A DNA stretch of 64,000 bases from Haliea sp. Its GTDB lineage: Bacteria; Pseudomonadota; Gammaproteobacteria; Pseudomonadales; Halieaceae. The notes below the pieces were generated by a model. The model was not told the DNA's origin, searched no databases, and worked only from the letters and a program-made list of their open reading frames with translations. Of this stretch, positions 9,727 through 18,197 are shown in pieces. The DNA lies in NCBI GenBank assembly GCA_002862465.1, contig PKDD01000093.1:4167-68166 (forward strand). Reading direction: 5' to 3'. The position numbers were made by a program, and so were the translations under genes. The stretch's first letter is position 1. Every line of letters begins with the position of its first letter.

Positions 9727-10140
9727 GGTCCTTTCTAAGCCTCCGATTTTTTACCAACGCAGCGCACTTTTGCAGACTATAAAGAAATTTTCACAGCACT
9801 ATCGCTAAGTCAGGCGTGACTAATTAGCCACACACTATAGGTACAAGTACGTAATTAGGACATACGTGATAGTACGTAAGAGTATGCTACTAACGCTAAC
9901 CCCTATCTCTGTGGCGTTACAAATATTGGCGCTGGAAGACGCATTTATGGCACACTTTCAAGCGTCATGGGACAGGCATTTGAATAGGTCTAAACAATGT
10001 TCACAACATCGGCCACTGGCATCTCTACAGTTGTTAATACTCGCCCAAAATACCCAGCATATATATCTATTGAGGAAGAATTATTTCGCATATTTTCTCT
10101 ACAGATTCCTCCGCTGCCTAGTATTTGGCGGGCGGTGAGA

Positions 10141-12135
10141 CTATAAGCGGCTAATGGCGTTGATCAAATCTATCTTGCGATAAGGCTTGCTGATCAATTC
10201 ACCCGGCAACTCTTTATCCTCAGCCAAACGGTCGGCATATCCACTTGTAATCAGCACTTTCAAGTGAGATTGAAGGAGTAAAGCCTCTTTTGCCAACTCT
10301 ATCCCGTCCATGCCTCCCGGCATTACTATATCGGTAAACAAAATCGCATAATGTCGCTTAGCGAGTTCCTCAAGAGCGTCAGCAGCATTGTGCGCTACAG
10401 TGACTTTACAGCCGAGCGACGTCAGCCATATTGCAGATAGTTCGCACAGCGCGATCTCGTCATCCACTATCAGAACAGTCGAAATATCGCTGGTCTTCGC
10501 TGGAAGAGCGGCAGTGTCGGCAACTTTAGCAGCGGCGCCTGTCGCTTTCTCTAGAAAGGTCTGGCTGCTAAGTTCCACGATGTTCATGGCAGCCTCAGCT
10601 AAAACCTGAAGCTGCTCCGTTTGCCAATGAGCAAGCGTAGCCGGTGCATGCCCGATAACGCATAGCGCACCCGCCGCATCACCACTCGAATCTATCAAAG
10701 GAGCCGCAGCGTAAAAGTGTATGGCCGGCTCATTGATCACCAGTGGGCTCTGTGAAAATCGTGGATCAAGACGGGTATCAGGGACTACTATTACCTGCTG
10801 AGTGTCTTGGTTCGTCGGGAAAAAAAATCTCTCGTCATCCAGCATCGGCCTGTCATCTGAACCCACACTAGCCTTTAGCACCTGCTGATTTTTATCCATT
10901 GTGAGTATTAAAGCCGTTGATACTTTGCTGATTCTAGCTGCATCGGCCGCCAGCGAATCAAGGCCAGCATCCCAAACATCATTGACGGCCTTTTGATGCC
11001 GCGGCAATCCCCTATCTTGAAACTCCTGGCTTTCTGCTACATCGCCGCCCAACTTGTCCAATGGCAAATACAGACGCACAGCGGTGCCCGCTCCCTCGCT
11101 GCTTCTGACATGGGCTACGCCACCGGCCTCCTCTACATAGCGAGCAACCATGGCTAGACCTAGGCCTGTACCCTCATGTTGCGGTTTCGTGGTGAAGAAC
11201 GGCTTGAAAATCTGCTCTACAACTACGTCATTCATGCCAACACCAGTATCTGACACTTCGACCATTGCATACCAGCCCGGAGGCAACTTGTCATCGAAAC
11301 CACTTTGAACACTGACAGCCGTGGTTCGCAACGTAAGAACCATATTTCCTGCGACACCTCGCATAGCGTCACGTGAATTAATGACAAGATTAAGGATTAC
11401 ATTATCAAGCCCAGAGCCATTAATACGACAAATCAGCTTGCGGGGAGTTAGCTGTGAGCGAACGGTCACATTTGAACCGGCCGCGTTGTTTATCACCGGC
11501 ATTATTTCACCGATGAGTGTGTTCAGATTGTAAACTTGCACATCATTTTTTTCACGGCGAGCGACGGCAAGTAGCCCACGGCTCACTTCTACCCCGGCCA
11601 ACGCAGCGGTTAAGGCTGAGTCTAGTTGGGACTGTATTTGATCAAATCCCCGCGGCAGAGCCTCCTGCATTTCGTCAAGGTTCCCAACGACGATACCTAG
11701 TATGTTATTGAAGTCATGCGCCAGACCCCCAGTCAGTTGCCCTACTGCAGCAAGCTTTTGTGATTCGGTCGCTTCAAGCTGATGCTGCTGTGATTGTAGG
11801 GCGATTTCGCCCTTCGCAATATCAACCTCGGTGATCTTCATAACAGATTTATTCGACAGTCTAGCGACGTGCAGTACAAATGATGCCCAGAGGAGAAACA
11901 CAATACCCGTAAGGAGCATAAAGCCAGTTGTGTAATTGATCGTTATCAGAAAAATCTGCCCTAAATAGCATACTACAAACACACAACTAAAGAGGTTCGG
12001 ATATTTCCAATTTTTACGGGACAATGCCTTAGCCGCAGGGGGCAGCGCATAACCTTGAACCACAAAACTGGACAGCAGAAGCGCAGTCCCCAGGCAAAGT
12101 ACCCCAATTGTTATAAGTTCATTAGTGGACAACAC
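10141..12135 (-). CDS. Membrane hybrid histidine kinase TM-HisKA-HATPase-GAF-REC
   Basis: 3 TM helices, AHDFNN, NSRDAM, DTGVG, GTGLGL, then GAF (PDTRLDPRF...FYAAAPL...GALCV) and REC (VDDE, TDIVMP, KP). Confidence 0.88.
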   Translation of the reverse strand: MLSTNELITIGVLCLGTALLLSSFVVQGYALPPAAKALSRKNWKYPNLFSCVFVVCYLGQIFLITINYTTGFMLLTGIVFLLWASFVLHVARLSNKSVMKITEVDIAKGEIALQSQQHQLEATESQKLAAVGQLTGGLAHDFNNILGIVVGNLDEMQEALPRGFDQIQSQLDSALTAALAGVEVSRGLLAVARREKNDVQVYNLNTLIGEIMPVINNAAGSNVTVRSQLTPRKLICRINGSGLDNVILNLVINSRDAMRGVAGNMVLTLRTTAVSVQSGFDDKLPPGWYAMVEVSDTGVGMNDVVVEQIFKPFFTTKPQHEGTGLGLAMVARYVEEAGGVAHVRSSEGAGTAVRLYLPLDKLGGDVAESQEFQDRGLPRHQKAVNDVWDAGLDSLAADAARISKVSTALILTMDKNQQVLKASVGSDDRPMLDDERFFFPTNQDTQQVIVVPDTRLDPRFSQSPLVINEPAIHFYAAAPLIDSSGDAAGALCVIGHAPATLAHWQTEQLQVLAEAAMNIVELSSQTFLEKATGAAAKVADTAALPAKTSDISTVLIVDDEIALCELSAIWLTSLGCKVTVAHNAADALEELAKRHYAILFTDIVMPGGMDGIELAKEALLLQSHLKVLITSGYADRLAEDKELPGELISKPYRKIDLINAISRL

Positions 12136-12574
12136 GACGTTTTCTCAAAATCTGACCATCACGATGGTATCATGATAGCAAAGGAAGACCCATGCTGACC
12201 TAACCTGTCACTCCAGTTAACTGGGGGGACAATGTCCGCCCTCCTAATGGGAACTAATCGCAAAATAGTATCAACCCTTTGCATCAGTACTGAGCGTGGC
12301 TTCAAGGATTCTGACATAACTAGAATATCGATTTCGTAAAACAGGCATTTGATGATAACTGACTATATCCAACCAGACCCTATGCCTATATATTAAGTGC
12401 TTTACAGGTTATATGAAAATGCGGCCCCTCGGAAAAATACATTCACCATTCGGTCAATTGCACGAGCATGAGATGTTTTAATACCATGATCGACGAACGA
12501 CGATATTTATTCGCAACACCAAATTTACCTTTCGTCCATGGGTTGGTAATGTTCTGCAAAGGGCTGGATGAAAT

Positions 12575-15322
12575 ATGGTTATAAGAAAGCAGGCGCAGAA
12601 AAATACATTACTTAGAAGCCTAGGTATTAGTTTCCTCTATTTTGCCGCGGCTCAATTTGGACTGTCACTTGAGTTAGACTCCCACCAAATAACCCATTAC
12701 TGGCCAGCGTCGGGCGTTGCTTTAGCTGCGCTACTTTTTTATCAAAAGCGCGCACTCCCCGGGATTGCGTTGGGTATACTTGCCACGTTCAGTGTTTTAT
12801 TTTTGCAGCAGCCTTTTAAACCAACACTAGCACTCCTATTTGTTACTTCGGTCGCATTTGGCGCTCTAGTAGTGCAACCACTGATAGCGGTAATGTTATT
12901 GCGGAGATTTGCATCTCCGATGCCATTTTGGACGCATATTAGTACCTTCTATCGAGGTCTTGGTGTTTTACTGGTAGCTTCAGTTATCCCTGCTGCCGCG
13001 GTAGCGGGCGCCCTCTATATGGCCGGCCTATCGAATAGCGATAATATACTCAGCGCCTGGATACTTTGGACAATGGCTAATTTTTTAGGCATGGCCACAA
13101 TAGCTCCACTTCTGTACCACATAGCGCGATACTTTGACGTAACTCCCGGAAACTCAGATCAGGCACCACTGTACACTATTATTACCTTTAGTCTTGCCTG
13201 CCTAGCAACAGTTGTTATGTTTATAGCGACGTCTAACATAGAGGAAACCGGTTATCGGAACATACTAGGTGCCGTAACAAATGGCGCTGGGACAGCAGTA
13301 GTTGACTCTTTAAATATGTCGAAGCCATTATGGGCTTCCATAGCAACGCTGATTATTGGCCTCCTTTTTACGCACATTGTTTTTGCGCATGAAAAAAATC
13401 GAAAGGACGGCTTACGCACCAAAGCTTTTCATGAGGCTATCGTTGTTAGCGCAAGGCAGCCTTTCGTCCACCTTGACGAAAATGGAATAGTCCTTGAATG
13501 GAACAATGCCGCTCATCTGGTATTTGGCTGGACTCTAGATCAGATTCAGGGCCGAAAACTCTCTGAAACTCTCATTCCAAACAGATTTAAGGAAGCACAT
13601 GAAAATGGCATGGAGCGTTTTCGGAGCACCGGTGAAGGCCTCGTTATAGGTAACATTGTCGAACTTGAGGCTTCATGCGCAGATGGCACTGAATTACCAA
13701 TTGAATTGCTTATAAACGCGATACAGACTGAAGACGGGTGGCATTTTTTTGCCTTCATTTATGACATTAGCGCGCGCAGGACTAACGAATATGCTTTGCA
13801 AGCTGCACACGATAAGTACACTGGGCTGTTCGAAGCCAATCCTGACGCAATTATCACCTATGATCAAAAAGGTAATATTGAGGATGCCAATGCTGCGGCA
13901 ATAGTTTTATTCGGTTGGTCGCGAGACGAGATCCTTAACATGAACTGCGAGGCAGTTATCGCCGACCAATCTAAGGCGTATTTCCATCAACTGCATAATA
14001 ACGCCGACGATGCAAACCCCTTAGATTTGTCTTATACGATCCAGCCAGTTTTTGCCAATCGACGGGATGGCTCAGAATTCCCATTTGAAGCGGTCGTCAA
14101 CACACAGAAAACTGAAACGGGCATACAGTTTGTTAGTGTAATTCGCGACATCACAGACCAGGTAGAAGCGCAGAAAATTAGAGATTCAAATCAGAAACTT
14201 GAAACCTTGGGCGAACTAACTGGCGTACTAGCGCATGAATTTAATAACTTGCTTGCCATTATAATTGGCAACCTTGACTTGGCCATTGCTCACGAGACTG
14301 GAACAACGCCTAGTGCAACCATGCGAGACAGGCTCAATGCCGCGCATAATGCCGCAATGCGCGGATCCGGAGTGGTGAAGTCACTCCTTGCAGTGGGAAC
14401 CGATCAGCCAATGCCTAAGGACCGCTTCGACGTTGTTTCAATGATGGAAGAAATTTTGCCTACGCTGCAGGTCGAAGTTGGAAAAAATATTGCATTATCT
14501 GTAGAGACAACGAATAAATCATTGTTAGTGAATTCGAACCGCAGTTGGCTTTCGGAAGCAGTCCAAAATATAGCAATCAATGCCCGCGAGGCTGTTACAG
14601 GTCACGGTCAAATTAAAATATCGCTAGAAAGCACACACAGTTCATCGATAAATGATAAAAAATTAGCGTTGTCGTCAGGCGAATATGTCGTCGTTAAAGT
14701 CTCTGATACCGGTTCAGGAATGAGCCCCAGCGCAGTTCAAAAGTCATTCGAGCCATTCTTCACGACAAAAAAAGCTAGTGGCCACAAAGGCATTGGCTTA
14801 TCGATGGTGGCGCGAATCGCCAAGCAATTAGGCGGTGCCGCCGCTATAGCTTCGGAGCCGGGAAGAGGCACAATTGTGCATATTTTCTTGCCAAAGGCAG
14901 AGTCGTATAGCCCACCTGCGGACGACAGCTATCTAAATTCAGGCGCCCCTCGACAGAATATCCTAGTGGTCGATGATCAAACAGACATTTTAAAATTAGT
15001 AGTCTCGTGGCTAGAAAAATCAGGTCATAACGTACAAAGCGCCAGCAATGCTGACGTTGCCTTGAAGATTATTAATTCGACTATACCGTGCATTGATCTA
15101 TTAATTACCGATATGATTATGCCATCCATGAATGGAGATTCTTTATCGCAGTTTGCGCGCAAACGTAATCCTGATGTCAAAATACTGTATATGACGGGTT
15201 TCTTAGATCGATCGCAGAAGCATTCCTTTGATGATATGGACGCCCCTGTTCTTGAAAAACCATTTCGTAAAGACACATTCTTGGCCGCAGTAAACTCAAT
15301 ATTTGATGCTGCCAAAATATAA
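12575..15322 (+). CDS. Hybrid histidine kinase MASE1-PAS-PAS-HisKA-HATPase-REC
   Basis: MASE1 (YWPASGVALAALL), two PAS/PAC domains, AHEFNN, NAREA, DTGSG, GIGL, C-terminal REC (VVDD, TDMIMP, KPF). Confidence 0.9.
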   Translation: MVIRKQAQKNTLLRSLGISFLYFAAAQFGLSLELDSHQITHYWPASGVALAALLFYQKRALPGIALGILATFSVLFLQQPFKPTLALLFVTSVAFGALVVQPLIAVMLLRRFASPMPFWTHISTFYRGLGVLLVASVIPAAAVAGALYMAGLSNSDNILSAWILWTMANFLGMATIAPLLYHIARYFDVTPGNSDQAPLYTIITFSLACLATVVMFIATSNIEETGYRNILGAVTNGAGTAVVDSLNMSKPLWASIATLIIGLLFTHIVFAHEKNRKDGLRTKAFHEAIVVSARQPFVHLDENGIVLEWNNAAHLVFGWTLDQIQGRKLSETLIPNRFKEAHENGMERFRSTGEGLVIGNIVELEASCADGTELPIELLINAIQTEDGWHFFAFIYDISARRTNEYALQAAHDKYTGLFEANPDAIITYDQKGNIEDANAAAIVLFGWSRDEILNMNCEAVIADQSKAYFHQLHNNADDANPLDLSYTIQPVFANRRDGSEFPFEAVVNTQKTETGIQFVSVIRDITDQVEAQKIRDSNQKLETLGELTGVLAHEFNNLLAIIIGNLDLAIAHETGTTPSATMRDRLNAAHNAAMRGSGVVKSLLAVGTDQPMPKDRFDVVSMMEEILPTLQVEVGKNIALSVETTNKSLLVNSNRSWLSEAVQNIAINAREAVTGHGQIKISLESTHSSSINDKKLALSSGEYVVVKVSDTGSGMSPSAVQKSFEPFFTTKKASGHKGIGLSMVARIAKQLGGAAAIASEPGRGTIVHIFLPKAESYSPPADDSYLNSGAPRQNILVVDDQTDILKLVVSWLEKSGHNVQSASNADVALKIINSTIPCIDLLITDMIMPSMNGDSLSQFARKRNPDVKILYMTGFLDRSQKHSFDDMDAPVLEKPFRKDTFLAAVNSIFDAAKI

Positions 15323-15463
15323 AATCATCTGAAGGCACCCTGACCATACGGTGATGCCCTTCTCGATGGGTCTTGTATCTCATTGATTGATTGACGTTTT
15401 AGTCGCGAGAATCAGTGACACTAACGACTTTCTATAATAAAAAAATACTTGAACAAGTAATCG

Positions 15464-15476
15464 TAAGTCATTGATT
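15464..15476 (-). promoter_or_regulatory. IHF consensus site just 3' of tRNA-His
   Basis: AATCAATGACTTA is a perfect WATCAANNNNTTR match in an AT-rich tract. Confidence 0.5.
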
Positions 15477-15479
15477 TTA

Positions 15480-15556
15480 TGGGGTGGCCGACGGGTCTTG
15501 AACCCGCTACCTCCGGAGTCACAATCCGGTGCTCTACCTGGTGAGCTACGGCCACC
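15480..15556 (-). tRNA. tRNA-His (GUG), with G-1 and encoded CCA
   Basis: Cloverleaf: acceptor GTGGCCG/CGGCCAC, anticodon arm CCGGA-TTGTGAC-TCCGG, G-1:C73, 77 nt. Confidence 0.93.
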
Positions 15557-15650
15557 ATAGTGCGTCGGCGACAGCGTTATAAGCATCTCGCCTGCTGGTA
15601 CAGGCTCCCTCACTTTAGAGTAGCCTACTTACTATACTGACGCGGCGCGA

Positions 15651-15680
15651 ATGGTATCTTTAGCTGTCCATAAGTGTCAA
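15651..15680 (-). promoter_or_regulatory. sigma70 promoter of tRNA-His
   Basis: TTGACA (15680-15675), 18 nt, TACCAT (15656-15651), GC-rich discriminator. Confidence 0.65.
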
Positions 15681-15808
15681 GTTGCTAGTGCCACTGCGCA
15701 TGAACCTAGCCCTCAATAATGATGCGGCGACACCGGTGTGCATTGATTTGAATACTTGGGACTGCTTATGATTACCCAATACCAATACCTTTAAGGCAGT
15801 GTTCGCTC

Positions 15809-16657
15809 ATGAGCAGGCTCACATCGAATCTATACCTAACGTGTCTAATTGCAGTGCTCGCGGGCTGCCAACCAAACTCGGTTTCCGTGCATGTAAACCA
15901 CGCGAGAATCAATGATCCACTGGGGAAAAAAATCATTTTTCTGGCAGGCGCAGACAGCCACCTGCCGGGCGCGCATGAGCATAAGGCTGGTTTAGAATTG
16001 CTATCTAGCGCTTTGCGGCAGCGCCAGCCTACGTTTGAGACCATCAATATTTACGGCGGCTGGCCCACGGACGAAACAGTCTTTGATGGCGCCGATGCCA
16101 TCGTCATGTATTGCGACGGCGGCGAATCGCACCTGATTAGCAATCACCTTGGGACCTTCAACCGTTTGTTAACCGAAGGCACCGGTGTTGTTGCTTTGCA
16201 CTACTGCGTTGAAGTGCCGAAAGACAGCCCCTCTTCTAAATCCATGTTAAATGCCATCGGAGGCTATTTCGAAACCTGGTGGTCAGTCAATCCACACTGG
16301 ATGGCTGACTATACGGATCTACCCGACCATCCCATTACGCGCCAGGTACAGCCCTTCGGCCTACTCGATGAGTGGTATTTTAATATGCGCTTTCTCGACG
16401 GGGGGATTACACCCATCCTGCAGGCTATCGCTCCGGCGTCAACAATGGAGCGGAGGAACGGCCCCCACAGTGGTAACGATGCGACACGTAGAAGCGTAGC
16501 GAAAGGCGTCCCGCAAGTCACTGCGTGGGCCTATGAGCGCCCAGCGGGCGGCCGTGGCTTCGGCTATACGGGTGGTCATTTTCACGCTAACTGGGAAAAT
16601 GTAAACGCACGAGAACTGGTTCTCAACGCTATCGAATGGGTCGCTGTTACGCCCTAA
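15809..16657 (+). CDS. ThuA-like domain lipoprotein
   Basis: Lipobox LAGC; IIFLAGADSH...HEHKAG, GVVALHY, DEWYFNMRF, GGRGFGYTGGHFHANW. Confidence 0.75.
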   Translation: MSRLTSNLYLTCLIAVLAGCQPNSVSVHVNHARINDPLGKKIIFLAGADSHLPGAHEHKAGLELLSSALRQRQPTFETINIYGGWPTDETVFDGADAIVMYCDGGESHLISNHLGTFNRLLTEGTGVVALHYCVEVPKDSPSSKSMLNAIGGYFETWWSVNPHWMADYTDLPDHPITRQVQPFGLLDEWYFNMRFLDGGITPILQAIAPASTMERRNGPHSGNDATRRSVAKGVPQVTAWAYERPAGGRGFGYTGGHFHANWENVNARELVLNAIEWVAVTP

Positions 16658-17789
16658 TACCGTCGACCCAACTCGCACTAATGTGGCGCTCCCTGTCCAG
16701 CGCCAAAAAACTCGCGCGAAAGCCTGGACTGATTGCGCCCAACTCACGCTCTAAGCCAAGCGCCTTGGCTGGATACGAGGAAGCCATACGGACCGCCTCA
16801 AACCAGTCCAAATGCGCAAACTTAGCGGCATTATTTACTGCCGATAGCATATCCAGATCGGAGCCTGCCAGAGCGCCGACCGCATCGGTAACACGGCCCT
16901 CGCTGGCAACAATCGCTTTACCATCAAGCACAAAAGATGTCTCCGATGAACCCACGGTGGGCATAGCATCGGTCACGAGCAATGCACCACCCCTTTTTTT
17001 TGCTGCAACGGCAATACTAAACGCAGCAGGATGCATATGATGACCATCTGCGATAATTCCGAACCAGCTATCATCGTCCTCAAGCGCGGCACCCACCATA
17101 CCCGGTTCCCTGCTCTGCAATGGCGTCATGGCATTGTAAAGATGCGTAAATCCGCTCAGGCCATGCTGAAGTGCATCGCGTGTTTCGGCATAGGTCGCCC
17201 CACTGTGACCCCCACAGACGATAACGCCTCGCTCTACTAACCGACTTATCATTTCTGGCGAAGTCAATTCAGGTGCAAGGGTGACGACGGTAGAGCCACG
17301 CTGCAGCGAAGTCAGAATATGAAAGCCGGCTTCGTCGAGCTGGCAAAATTTCCCGGCATCGTGCACACCCTTGCGCTTTGCGCTCAAAAAAGGACCTTCT
17401 AGGTGCAGTCCCAAGACACCGGGCACACCGATCTTAATGGCCTGAGCAACCGCAGATACAGCGGTACGCATAACGTCAAAACGAGTGGTAATCAGTGTCG
17501 GCAAAAAGCCCGTGGTGCCGTATTGGCGGTGCGCAGCGCCGATGGTGCGAAGGCTCTCGACTGTTGGGGCGGCAGTAAATAAAACACCTCCTCCACCATT
17601 AACCTGCAGATCAATGAACCCCGGTATCAGCATACCGCCTTCAAGATCATAAGATTCGTCAATGTCTGCCGGCACCTGCCCCGAGTCAACCAAGGCAACA
17701 ACATACTCACCCTCAATCAGAACTGCCTTGTGCTCGTGCAAAGACTCGCCGTCAAAAATAGTTCCGTTGACTATCGCCTGTACCTTCAA
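16647..17789 (-). CDS. nagA: N-acetylglucosamine-6-phosphate deacetylase
   Basis: PGFIDLQVNGGGG, HLEGPF, THLYNAM, DGHH, LVTDAM, LAGS; TTG 17789 preceded by GGAGG. Confidence 0.93.
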   Translation of the reverse strand: MKVQAIVNGTIFDGESLHEHKAVLIEGEYVVALVDSGQVPADIDESYDLEGGMLIPGFIDLQVNGGGGVLFTAAPTVESLRTIGAAHRQYGTTGFLPTLITTRFDVMRTAVSAVAQAIKIGVPGVLGLHLEGPFLSAKRKGVHDAGKFCQLDEAGFHILTSLQRGSTVVTLAPELTSPEMISRLVERGVIVCGGHSGATYAETRDALQHGLSGFTHLYNAMTPLQSREPGMVGAALEDDDSWFGIIADGHHMHPAAFSIAVAAKKRGGALLVTDAMPTVGSSETSFVLDGKAIVASEGRVTDAVGALAGSDLDMLSAVNNAAKFAHLDWFEAVRMASSYPAKALGLERELGAISPGFRASFLALDRERHISASWVDGIRA

Positions 17790-18043
17790 CGCCACCCTCC
17801 GCTGCACACTGGCTTTTCACTGCACCATCCCACAGCACAGTTTGTACTGGCAATATTAGCATGTTGCCAAAAGCTGCCGACAGTGGCGTCACCGCGGCGA
17901 GAATACATCATATGACCCAATAGTTTATCCGGCTAGATCTCAAAGTTACTTGCGTTTAGTAGCACTGCGGCCATGCGAGCTTTAAAAATCTGCCTTTAAA
18001 ATGAACGCAAGTAGTGCAAAGGAAAGAATGAGGAACGTAAAAA

Positions 18044-18120
18044 TGGTCGGGGTAGAGAGATTCGAACTCCCGACATCCTGCTCCCAAAGCAGGCGCGCTA
18101 CCAGACTGCGCTATACCCCG
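18044..18120 (-). tRNA. tRNA-Pro (UGG)
   Basis: CGGGGTA/TACCCCG acceptor, anticodon arm CCTGC-TTTGGGA-GCAGG, encoded CCA, 77 nt. Confidence 0.97.
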
Positions 18121-18168
18121 TTGTTGTCCCTATGGCGCTGCCGCCAAGTCTGTGTTTTGAGTGCGAGC

Positions 18169-18197
18169 ATAATACTCATCCATATCCTAAGCGTCAA
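18169..18197 (-). promoter_or_regulatory. sigma70 promoter of tRNA-Pro
   Basis: TTGACG (18197-18192), 17 nt, TATTAT (18174-18169). Confidence 0.6.

Larger units (their letters stand above)
5800..15470. other. Accessory signal-transduction islet (no mobility gene seen)
   Basis: Five signalling genes only, long AT-rich intergenic gaps (250-500 nt), bounded by the ffs 5' end and the tRNA-His 3' end. Confidence 0.6.

Noticed and set aside
9780-9800. CRP sites at the TGTGA/TCACA-containing motifs
   Set aside because: The second half-site at N6 spacing is missing in all three copies.
12195-12240. IS terminal inverted repeat
   Set aside because: No partner end or transposase remnant; kept only as a palindrome.
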